DNA of 14,565 nt from Azolla caroliniana (Eukaryota; Plantae; Polypodiophyta), in contig JBHGNT010000857.1 of assembly GCA_043228905.1 (NCBI GenBank), positions 1 through 14,565 of the forward strand, written 5' to 3'. Below, one piece after another: positions 1 through 8,790 of this stretch. The position numbers and the translations under genes were made by a program. Numbering within the stretch: the stretch's first letter is position 1; each line of letters starts with the position of its first letter. The notes under the pieces were generated by a model. That model saw only the letters and a list, made by a program, of their open reading frames with translations, was not told where the DNA came from and did no database searches.

Positions 1-330
1 GTGTTTCATGTATCCCTTTTGGAACCTTATACTACAAGTTCAATTTCAGGCCGACTTACGACACCCCCACCACTTGTCGAGTTCTTGGACGGGCCTGAAT
101 TTGAAGTTGCTGCCGTTCTCGATTCTAAAATCGTGCGCAACAAGTTGTATTACTTAGTCGATTGGCTAGGTTATACCCCCAATGATCGAACTTGGGAACC
201 TGCCGCAAATCTTTCCAATGCTGCAGAACTCGTCAATGCATTTCATCGCCAATATCCTTGTAAACCAAGTCCTAATACAAACCCTACGACCCGTGAGACG
301 TGTCGTCGAAAAAGGGGGATAGTGTCATGA
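1..330 (+). CDS. pol: C-terminus of Ty3/Gypsy integrase with group I chromodomain (5'-partial)
   Basis: VFHVSLLEPY motif, then EFEVAAVLDSK...YYLVDWLGY...DRTWEPAANL...FHRQYP, a chromodomain with aromatic-cage residues. The ORF runs through the PPT and stops at TGA 328-330 inside the LTR. Confidence 0.92.
   Translation: MFHVSLLEPYTTSSISGRLTTPPPLVEFLDGPEFEVAAVLDSKIVRNKLYYLVDWLGYTPNDRTWEPAANLSNAAELVNAFHRQYPCKPSPNTNPTTRETCRRKRGIVS
308..322 (+). other. Polypurine tract of element A
   Basis: GAAAAAGGGGGATAG immediately before TGTCATGA. Confidence 0.88.
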
Positions 331-387
331 TAACACTCACATCATGCATCGAAAGGATCATGACACTCACATTATGACTCGAAAGGA
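325..387 (+). repeat. Imperfect tandem duplication (33 and 30 bp) at the LTR 5' end
   Basis: TCATGATAACACTCACATCATGCATCGAAAGGA (325-357) vs TCATGACACTCACATTATGACTCGAAAGGA (358-387). Confidence 0.85.
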
Positions 388-446
388 TTTGAACCCACGA
401 CCTTGTTGTACACATGTCAAATCCTTAACCATTGTATTAATATTCT
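374..446 (-). promoter_or_regulatory. tRNA-shaped Pol III type-2 promoter module (A box + B box); not a foldable tRNA
   Basis: Minus strand reads AGAATAT TA ATAC AATGGTTA AGGA T TTGAC ATGTGTA CAACA AGGTC GTGGG TTCAAAT CCTTT CGAGTCA T (73 nt). B box GGTTCAAATCC (395-385) and A-box-like TAATACAATGG (439-429) sit at tRNA spacing. The stems mostly do not pair. Confidence 0.65.
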
Positions 447-485
447 TATATGTATAGTCTCTAGAATATAAAATCTAATATCATA

Positions 486-628
486 GGAATATTCTATATT
501 ATTCTACATTCTAGAATGACCTAAAATATTCTAGAGTGTTCTATACCACTAGAACCTTCTAGAATACTCTAGAGATCTTCTAGATTACTCTACATTCTAT
601 GATAACCTAGAATATTCTAGAGTGTTCT
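486..628. promoter_or_regulatory. Heat-shock-element (alternating nGAAn) array in U3
   Basis: aGAAc-cTTCt-aGAAt at 551-565, aGAAt-aTTCt-aGAGt-gTTCt at 609-628, gGAAt-aTTCt at 486-495, aTTCt-aGAAt at 508-517. A 39-bp direct repeat spans 504-542 and 590-628. Confidence 0.75.
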
Positions 629-636
629 CTATTACT

Positions 637-644
637 TATAAATA
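637..644 (+). promoter_or_regulatory. TATA box of LTR A
   Basis: TATAAATA directly downstream of the HSE array. Confidence 0.75.
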
Positions 645-696
645 GGGATCTACCACCCATCCCAAACCTATCCTCCTTTGTAACCATCCTGAAACC

Positions 697-1863
697 ATGG
701 CTGCCATTAATTTAGAAGAATATCTCACCCTTGTTGCAGAAATGGAGAACCTTAAATCCAAGTTCACATCTCTTGAAGTAGAGAATCAACGTCTACTTGG
801 GGATCTACAAAAGGTTACTATAGAGAAGCAACAACAACAAGAGGAGTTCACGCGACGAGTGCAACAGTTAGAGTCGACAATCGTAGTGTTACAACAACAA
901 AGGGTTGAAGGTCAGGGACTTTTCAAGGAGCCCAAAATTAGCCTCCCAACTAAATTTGATGGGTCGAGGGCGCATTTCCGAGGTTTCTTGAATCAAGTAC
1001 GGTTGGTGATTCAAATGCATCCCGCGCGTTATCCAACAGATGCATCACGAGTCGGGCTAGTGGGCACCTTATTGACTGGCATAGCGTTGTTGTGGTTTGC
1101 TCCATTGCTAGAGACCAATTCTCCTCTATTGAATAATTTCGAGGAATTTATCAAGGAATTTAAAGCTTGTTTCGGTCCAGATACTGATGGGGCGAAAACA
1201 GTTATCAACAAGATTCGTACACTTCGTCAAGGTGATCAACCAGCTTCGACATATGCTGCCAATTTCCGTCTCATCGCAAGCGATATTCCTTGGGATGAAC
1301 AAGCCCTAATGGAGCAATTCCGTTCAGGCCTTCGTAGTGATGTCAAAGACTTACTTCTTACCTTCCCCGAGGATCCAAGGTCACTTACAGAAGCTATTAG
1401 TCGAGCAATACGGTGTGATAATCGCCTTTTTGAGCGTCGATGTGAGCGACAACAACAAATAACAAGATCAAGATTCACACCAACTTATGCATCAATAACG
1501 GCGCAATCATCCCCAAGGCAAATGTATAGCCATGCTCCATCTCCAAGGCAAACACGTAGTCTAGTCCCAATGGATAGTCCTGCACCTATGGAGATCGATA
1601 TGACTCAACGACGAGGACCGTTGTCAGATGAAGAGAAGCAACGTCGTCGAGCAAACCACCTATGCTTATATTGCGGATGTCCAGGACATATAGCCATTCA
1701 TTGCTCCCGTAGGCCGAGACGTCAGGTAAATCAAATTCACTATGACAATAAAAATGAGTCCAACATTTTAGAAGTAGTTAGTGAATCTAATATTATGAAT
1801 AATCCACCCTTGTCCAATAAATTTGAAGTCCTAAGCCAATTAGAAGAGGAGTCAAACGAATAA
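697..1863 (+). CDS. gag: Gag (retrotransposon capsid + CCHC nucleocapsid), intact 388 aa
   Basis: N-terminal coiled coil, [16 protein letters not shown]...YAANFR...FRSGL, PMEID, and the zinc knuckle [14 protein letters not shown]. Confidence 0.93.
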   Translation: MAAINLEEYLTLVAEMENLKSKFTSLEVENQRLLGDLQKVTIEKQQQQEEFTRRVQQLESTIVVLQQQRVEGQGLFKEPKISLPTKFDGSRAHFRGFLNQVRLVIQMHPARYPTDASRVGLVGTLLTGIALLWFAPLLETNSPLLNNFEEFIKEFKACFGPDTDGAKTVINKIRTLRQGDQPASTYAANFRLIASDIPWDEQALMEQFRSGLRSDVKDLLLTFPEDPRSLTEAISRAIRCDNRLFERRCERQQQITRSRFTPTYASITAQSSPRQMYSHAPSPRQTRSLVPMDSPAPMEIDMTQRRGPLSDEEKQRRRANHLCLYCGCPGHIAIHCSRRPRRQVNQIHYDNKNESNILEVVSESNIMNNPPLSNKFEVLSQLEEESNE

Positions 1864-1902
1864 GTCCGGCCAAAATAGGAGCCATTTGGTTGGACAACCC
1901 TA
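1851..1902 (+). promoter_or_regulatory. Putative -1 programmed ribosomal frameshift signal (gag to pol)
   Basis: G_TCA_AAC (1851-1857) just before the gag stop, a 6-nt spacer, and an 11-bp stem 1864-1874/1885-1895. The pol frame is -1 relative to gag and open from 1827. Confidence 0.65.
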
Positions 1903-2990
1903 GATATGTACAACCTAGTGTGGGTTCCATTTCTTCTAAGCATGTCAGTAGAGTCTTCTCAGCCCTAGTACAAGTTAGGACACCCAGTTGTCAACTTCAA
2001 GTCCAAGCCCTCTTAGATACTAGAGCCAATTCTTGTTTCATTGATAGAGATTTTGCCCAAAAACACCAAATATCCTTGCATACACTTCCTAGTCCAGTTT
2101 CCATAGTAGTGATTGATGGACGCCCCATAGCTTCCGGGAAGATATTTGAAGAGTTTGAGCCAATACACATACTCTTGGGTGATTTAGGATGTGTAGTTTC
2201 CTTTAAAATAATCCGTAGTCCTGAGCATCCAATTGTCCTCGGTTTGCCATGGTTCGAGCTACATAACCCTAGAATCGATTGGAGGAAGCGAGAAATTAGG
2301 TGCCCTTTAGTGGAAAATATCATTGTCAAGGATCGAACTCGGGATTATCCTCCTAAAGTATATAGTTCTACCGATGCACCATATCCTTCTCATCAAATTT
2401 CAGCCATCACATTGCAACAATTGTGCCAAGTGGGAGGCAAGGAGGAGCTTTTCTTATTTGCAGTATTAGTGACACCTTCTAGTGTCACTCAAGGGAATTC
2501 AGGCATCCAAATTCCCAAAAAATATCAAGGCTATGATGATGTTTTTGACAAAGTCAAAGCTAGTGTTCTTCCAAAGCATCGGTCATACGACTGTCCTATT
2601 GATCTCCAACCAGGAAAAGAGCCACCGTGGGGTCCGATTTACAATTTATCACCCACTGAGCTTGAGGTTCTTCGAGAATACATCGAGGAAAATCTTGCAC
2701 ATGGGTTTATTCGACATTCAAAGTCTCCAGCTGGTGCTCCTATCTTTTTTGTGAAGAAAAAGGACGGCTCCCTTCGTTTGGTCGTGGACTATCGAGGCTT
2801 AAATAAAGTCACCATAAGGAATAGGTATGCTTTACCTAGGTGGGGCAAAGCATTTTACCAAATTTGATCTAAGGGGTGCATATAATCTTGTTCGAATTCG
2901 GCCGGGAGATGAGTGGAAAACAGCATTTCGTACTCGGTATGGTCATTTCGAGTATACAGTCATGCCTTTCGGGCTCACAAATGCACCTGC
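1857..2990 (+). pseudogene. pol: pol fragment of element A: aspartic protease and N-terminal reverse transcriptase
   Basis: [13 protein letters not shown] (D-T-G altered to D-T-R), [30 protein letters not shown]. Frameshifting deletion near 2837, then [11 protein letters not shown]...[24 protein letters not shown]. Cut at 2990 before YxDD. Confidence 0.9.
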
Positions 2991-3445
2991 TGTTACGGGC
3001 ATGACCATTTAATATCCCGTGGTGAGAATTTACCGTAGTATTCTATACACGTGGATAAGTGTGAGGGTTAAATGAGAGTGTAAAGAAGGGGAGGATTACT
3101 TTTAATCCTCGGGATTGAGACAACCCATTAGGTCAAGTGTGAACTTGCCTGGGGGCCTTGGGTATCACTATAAATAAGAGGCCTAGCTACCCTCATTTGA
3201 TCATCTTTTGACTACATCGAGACTCTGCTCTTGTGGTGGGTCAACTCTTGTAGCGAGCGCGCCAACACCAGGAACGACTCGACGCCACGGCGGTGGTATG
3301 GGACGCCGATCGAGGCTCAAGTCCATCTCAATCCCTTCGCTCGGGGGTGGTCAGGTGGATCGGCACCCTTCTTTCTCTTTCTCCTTTCTATCTATCATTA
3401 GTTTATCCTTATCTTAAGCTTCCTTTAGCACCTAGATCTCTAATA
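2991..3445 (+). repeat. 5' LTR of element B (455 bp)
   Basis: TGTTA...TAATA (likely mutated TAACA), TATAAATA at 3169-3176, followed 2 nt later by the PBS. Matches 7989-8295. Confidence 0.92.
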
Positions 3446-3447
3446 TT

Positions 3448-3459
3448 TGGTATCAGAGC
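3448..3459 (+). other. Primer-binding site for tRNA-iMet
   Basis: TGGTATCAGAGC, the complement of the plant initiator Met tRNA 3' end. Confidence 0.95.
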
Positions 3460-3574
3460 TATGTACTAATGTTTCTTTGTTTGTCTTTTGTCTTTTGATT
3501 GATGGTGATCGATCGATGTGCGGTCGGCCTTGATTCAGACAACGATCAACAAAGAACTTCGAAAATAATCTTTA

Positions 3575-6500
3575 ATGGCTCAAATTAACGACCCGATGTC
3601 ATCCGCTCAAGCGGAAGGAACTCAAGGGAATCCTCCTGGACAAATGTCCACTGAGATGTATTTGGCACAAATAACCCAATACCTTAGTTTCACCGCTCAA
3701 CAGATGACCAAACTTCGGCAATCTCAGAGTGCTCTTGAGGCACGTGTCATTAGTCTACAACGTGAGACTAATAGACCTGATGAGCGACAAGGTGAACCAT
3801 CATTTATCGTTAAGCCATTTACGGGAGACAAAAAGGAAAGAACCGAAGAAGCAATCTGCACATGGCTGGGACGATGGGAGTCTCATTTTGAGCTCTATCC
3901 CACGCTAGATAGTATGAAGATTGCATATGTCAGCCGAGAACTCGGGGGTAAAGCCGCCGCCTGGTGGCGTGGGCTCCGCACTTTGGGGAAATTACCCGAT
4001 ACCTAGACAGATTTTGTCACGGTTTTTAAGGGCCAATTGCTACAACCTCCCTCTCGAACCGAGGTAGCACAAGCTTTAATGAACCTCTCTAGCAGGAAAT
4101 TTTCCTCGCTAGAAGACTATGTTCACCATGCTAGAACCCAAATCCAAAAATCGGGTCTAGAAGGGGACAATTGGTTGATAGCTTGTTTTGTCAATGGCAT
4201 CCCAATTCGGACTATCACTGGATAGTGCACGATAAGGATCCAAAATCCTTCGAAGAGGCCATTGAAATAGTTCTTCGCTATCAACGCACTTCGAAGAAGG
4301 ACCACAACAAACCCAACAAAGAGCCCAGGATTAAGCAGTCGCAATTCGTTGGGAAACGCAAGACACCCAACGAATTCATGGATCGCGATTGTAAGCGACA
4401 ATATCCTTTTTGCGTATTCTGCAAAAAGAAGGGTCATACAAAAGATCAATGTCGAAAGCTCCAACGGAAAGAGCACGACAACAAAGCTAAAGCTACAGAC
4501 CATAAAGGTCAGATTCCTAATGTCCTTCAGGTCTATACACATCATTTAAGTAATTGTCAATGTTCTTTCCCTCATTATGTATTGGGTCCCAATGATTTAC
4601 TACATGCAAACGGGTATATCAATGGATCTCCCGTACAATTTTTATTTGATTCGGGAAGCTCACACAATTTTGTGAATGATCGTTTGATTCAGATATGGGG
4701 AATCGAACCCACCGTACGTGATCACACCTACACGATGCACTTGGCTGATGGAAGAGTACAATACATCAATAGGGCGATTCATTCATTAGGAATTTCTATT
4801 GATACTTATATAGAGGAAGTAGACTTCCATGTAATGAATCTTTGTACCACCGATGTAATATTGGGTTATCCCTGGTTTTATAATAAAAACTCTTCTTTAT
4901 TTATTGATTGGGTTCGCCATTCCATTTCATTTGTACTGAACGACTATACTCATTTTATTCAATGTGTAAAAAAACAATCCCTCTCGATTGTTTCCTCGTG
5001 TCCATCAATATCTGAGTTGTCTTGTTCTACTCTATTTTATTGTGTACTTGATCCGGACATTCACGTTTACAATATCGATAATGTTCCGGTTCAATTAACA
5101 TATTTTGAACAACAACAACTTGATGAAATCTTAAATGATTTTCATGATGTTTTCCCAAGTGAACTACATGATGGGTTACCTCCCAAACGTAATATAGACC
5201 ATCGTATAGATATTGTACCTGGTGTTGCACCAATAAGTATACCTCTGTATCGCTTAAGTCGATCCGAAGAGGATGAGGTATCTAAGCAACTCAAGGACTA
5301 TTTACGAATGGGTTATATACGTTATAGTAAATCTCCATGGTGCGCCAGTTCTCTTGGTTAAAAAGAAAGAGGGCACATGGCGTATGTGTATTAATTACCG
5401 ACGCTTGAATAAAGTGACGATCAAGAATTCATACCCATTGCCCCGGGCTGACGATCTAATTGACCGTCTCTAGGGAGCTCAGTATTTTACGAAACTTGAT
5501 CTCTGTACTGGCTACCATCAAATATGAATAAGTGAGGATGATGTTCCTAAAACGGCATTTCGTACGCGTTATGGCCATTACGAGTTTTTGGTTATGCCTT
5601 TTGGTTTGACCAATGCTCCGGCTACTTTTCAACAAGAAATGAATGACATTTTCCGAGAACAACTTGGAAAATTTGTCGTTATTTTCTTGGATGATATTTT
5701 AGTTTATAGCCGTACATTACAAGAACATGCTAGACATGTCCGCTTTGTTTTACAAACATTGCGTGACAAACAGTTTTATGCGAAGATCTCAAAATGTGAG
5801 TTCTTCAAGAAATCAATTACTTATCTTGGACATCTCATAACCGAACGAGTTGAAATTGATCCTTCTCGCATTGAGAAAATCAAGCTTTGGCCCACTCTTC
5901 GGAATATTCGAGAAGTTCGATCATTCCTTGGTTTTGTTGGGTTTTTGCGAAAGTCTCTTCGTAATTACTCCCAATTGACGACGCCGTTTACTGATCTTTT
6001 AAAAGGTCAAACGCGTAAGTCTACAAAACCTATTGTGTGGAATGCTACACTAGACCTCGCCTTTAAGGAACTCAAGGACCTGGTTTGCAAGGCTCCTTCA
6101 CTTCTTTTACCTGATCCTTCAAAACCTTTTGAGGTTGAAACCGATGCAAGCGATTATGCTATAGGTGTTGTCTTGTATCAAGATGGTAAACCAATAGCAT
6201 TCGAGAGTAAGAAACTTGATTCTGCTTAATGTCAGTATACCGTTCAAGAAAAGGAATTATTTGCAGTTATACATGCGCTCAAAACATGGCGCCATTATCT
6301 TTAAGGAAATCGCTTTGTGGTAACTACGGACCACGAGTCCTTGAAATATTTTTGTCACCAACAAGACCTGAAAGGTCATAAGGCACGATGGGTAGATCTC
6401 ATCCAGGACTTTGATTTTGCCATACGATATCGTAAAGGTTCCATGAATATTGTCGTTGATGCACTAAGTCGCATCCGTGAAGTTAACATGCTCAGCTTCA

Positions 6501-8002
6501 CGGAAATAACATCAGATCTTTATGATCACCTTCGAGGAAAGTATCCTGATAACAGTTATTTTGCAAAATACTAGGCAAGAGTTGAGTCTGGAACAAACAC
6601 CACCACATCCTCGAAGGAATACTTCCACATTGTTAACGGTTTGCTCTACCGTAATGGGAAGGTTTGTGTTCCAGATTTACCCGAGGTCAAAAAGAGGATT
6701 CTTTTTGAATGCCATGATGCACCCTCAATAGGGCACCCTGGAATACATCGTACACTCATTCTCATCTCCACTCAATTTTATTGGCCTAAGATGCGCCCTG
6801 ACATACATAGTTATGTGACTAAATGTCACCAATGTCAAGTTAAAAAAGCCGAGCGACTTAAAGCTGCAGGACTTTTACATCCCTTGGACATTCCCAATAA
6901 TAAGTGGGAAAGTATATCCGTGGATTTTATTGTTAGCCTTCCTCGCACCCAAAAAGGCCATGATGCCATCTGGGTTGTGGTTGATAGACTAACTAAAATG
7001 GCCAGATTTATTGCTACTAAAACCACGGTAACAGCTCATAAATTGGCTTACCAATTCGTTGACGAATTATTTCGTTTTTATGGGTTACCGATGGATATCG
7101 TGAGTGATCGAGATCCAAAATTTACTAGTGACTTCTGGACGCAAGTCTTTAAGAAGTTAGAAACTACGTTGAGCATGAGCTCCACGGATCATCCTCAATC
7201 CGATGGACAAATAGAACGAGTAAATCAAATTATTGAGGACATGCTTCGAGCATACGTTGGTGCAAAACCAACAAAATGGGAACGTTATCTCCCAATTTTG
7301 GAGTTTGCTTATAACAGCTCCAAGCATACGTCGACGGGATATAGTCCTTTTATGTTGATGTATGGTTTTCAGCCACGAGCCCCGATTGATGTTAATATAC
7401 ATCATGATGAGTTGCAAAGTACGCAAAACTTTCTTCGGGATATGCAAGATATGTTGCATATTGCACGAGATAATATAAAAACAACTCAAGATAGAGCGCG
7501 TTTTTATGCCGACCATCATAGGCAACCTCATGTATTCAACCCTGGACAGAAGGTATTTTTACGTGTACCTCACAATTCTAAGACATTGTCTACGGGTAAG
7601 TGCACTAAGTTAGCCCCACGGTTTTGTGGACCTTTCACAATCCTCAAACGCATTGGGTCATCAGCCTATTGCCTCGCTCTTCCCGATGGTGTTGGAATTC
7701 ATCGAGTCTTTCATGTGAGTCGTCTAAAAGAACTTCTAGGTTCTAGCGACAATACAGTTACAACTGAAACTCTGCTTACTTCTGAAGAATTATCTTCTAA
7801 ACCACATGTACCAGAAAGAATTCTCGATATTAAAACAAAAAAATTACATACTAAAGAAATCCGAGAATTTAAAATAAAAAGGATGGATAAAACAATAAAA
7901 GATGCCACATGGGAATGCGAAAATACTCTCAGAACTAATTTCCCTAACTTTTCATTGCAAGAGTGCAATGTTTTAAAGAGGGGGAGTATGTTACGGGCAT
8001 GA
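3575..8002 (+). pseudogene. gag-pol: gag-pol polyprotein of element B, disrupted
   Basis: Gag with CVFCKKKGHTKDQC, protease FLFDSGSSHNF, RT ([20 protein letters not shown]), RNase H ([11 protein letters not shown]), integrase HHCC, D-D-E core, GPF motif, terminal chromodomain-like PERILD...DATWE. Stops at 4004, 5471, 5525, 6227, 6302 and 6572; frameshifts near 4203 and 5340. Confidence 0.93.
7975..7988 (+). other. Polypurine tract of element B
   Basis: AAAGAGGGGGAGTA immediately before TGTTACGGGC. Confidence 0.9.
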
Positions 8003-8295
8003 CCATTTAATATCCCATGGTGAGAATTTACCGTAGTATTCTATACACGTGGATAAGTGTGAGGGTTAAACAAGAGTGTAAAGAAGGGGAGGATTACTTT
8101 TAATCCTCGGGATTGAGACAACCCATTAGGTCAAGTGTGAACTTGCCTGGGGGCCTTGGGTATCGCTATAAATAAGAGGCCTAACTACCCTCATTTGATC
8201 ATCTTTTGATTACATCGAGACTCTGCTCTTGTGGTGGGTCAACTCTTGTAGCGAGCGTGCCAACACCAGGTACAACTCGACGCCACGGCGGTGGT
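7989..8295 (+). repeat. 3' LTR of element B, truncated (307 of 455 bp)
   Basis: Ungapped match to 2991-3297 with 9 substitutions by manual count. Similarity stops after CGGCGGTGGT. Confidence 0.93.
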
Positions 8296-8441
8296 CTTTA
8301 GCTCTCATTACATATCTTGTATCCATTCTCTTTCTTTCTCTATCTTAAACATCCATTCTTCTCTTAGTATTTCGTTCCTTTCTTCTCGTGTTCTCTAATA
8401 TCCTTCTTCCATCACTCTATCTTTTATCCTTGGTTCTGACA
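8296..8441. other. Pyrimidine-rich fragment, possibly the terminus of another LTR
   Basis: CT-rich block ending in GGTTCTGACA, followed by a sharp switch to GC-rich sequence. Confidence 0.35.
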
Positions 8442-8769
8442 CCAAACCGGTAGCAGCAGCGCGAGACGAAAGTGGCCAAGCAGGCTACCATGGGGTGTTC
8501 CTCGGACGTGGAGGACACCGGTATGCGGAGAGCAGAGCGTGCATACGGGGGAGTGAAGGGCCAACAATAAGGCACGCGTACTACGAGGTCGCGGCGAACG
8601 ACCTATTGGTGGGACGAATGAGCCTACGGAGAGGCAAGCGGCACGAGGATGAACCGGACCCAAGCAACAAGGACGACCGGTTCGAAGCAAATGGCGATTC
8701 GGAGGACGAAGGGTAAGCGCGGGTCGGTCTTCTCCGGCAGAGAGTCTATTTTGGCGCATACCGGTGGAT

Positions 8770-8790
8770 GCGCGGTTAGGTGGGAGCGGA
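8770..8790 (+). other. PPT region preceding LTR C1
   Basis: GCGCGGTTAGGTGGGAGCGGA immediately before TGTCGTGG; repeated at 9561-9581. Confidence 0.7.

Larger units (their letters stand above)
323..893 (+). repeat. LTR of element A (5' end firm; 3' end tentative, overlapping the gag start)
   Basis: Starts TGTCA after the PPT, AT-rich U3, TATA at 637. Best candidate 3' end is GTGTTACA at 886-893. No second copy in the window to confirm the boundary. Confidence 0.55.
1..2990 (+). mobile_element. Element A: Ty3/Gypsy chromovirus (Tcn1/Tf1-sushi-like), 3' end of one unit + LTR + gag-pol of the next, truncated within RT
   Basis: Chromodomain ORF, PPT, TG-starting LTR with TATA box, PEG10/sushi-type gag with CCHC, then aspartic protease and Gypsy RT motifs. 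It ends abruptly at the element B LTR. Confidence 0.9.
2991..8295 (+). mobile_element. Element B: degenerate Ty3/Gypsy chromovirus (short, iMet-primed, single ORF; Reina/Galadriel-like, clade uncertain)
   Basis: Paired LTRs, PBS, gag-PR-RT-RH-INT-chromodomain order, PPT. Confidence 0.93.

Noticed and set aside
374-446. Functional tRNA gene (anticodon position reads GTG, His)
   Set aside because: Acceptor, D and anticodon stems do not pair and the T stem is weak. Kept only as a tRNA-shaped promoter module; isotype not assignable.
459-628. CRISPR-like or restriction-site (TCTAGA) array
   Set aside because: No constant repeat with unique spacers, and the context is eukaryotic. The 5-bp GAA/TTC phasing is better explained as heat-shock elements.
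695-712. CA + TGGCTGCCATT as an LTR end and PBS at the gag start
   Set aside because: I cannot match it to a tRNA 3' end, the upstream sequence is not inverted to TGTCA, and the TGG is simply part of ATG-GCT.
697-2990. Domesticated PEG10/RTL1-like host gene
   Set aside because: The similarity reflects shared chromovirus ancestry. It sits behind a PPT and LTR, and pol is damaged and truncated.
3091-3110. Perfect 8-bp hairpin GAGGATTA-cttt-TAATCCTC in both B LTRs as a terminator
   Set aside because: Rho-independent terminators do not apply here, and identity in two LTRs that are 97% identical gives no evidence of selection.
3208-3417. Short ORF in the B 5' LTR, and the ORFs within LTRs C1, C2 and D1 (8960-10852)
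   Set aside because: They lie in LTRs, have low-complexity microsatellite-derived translations (VCVCV, LSLS) and show no domain motifs.
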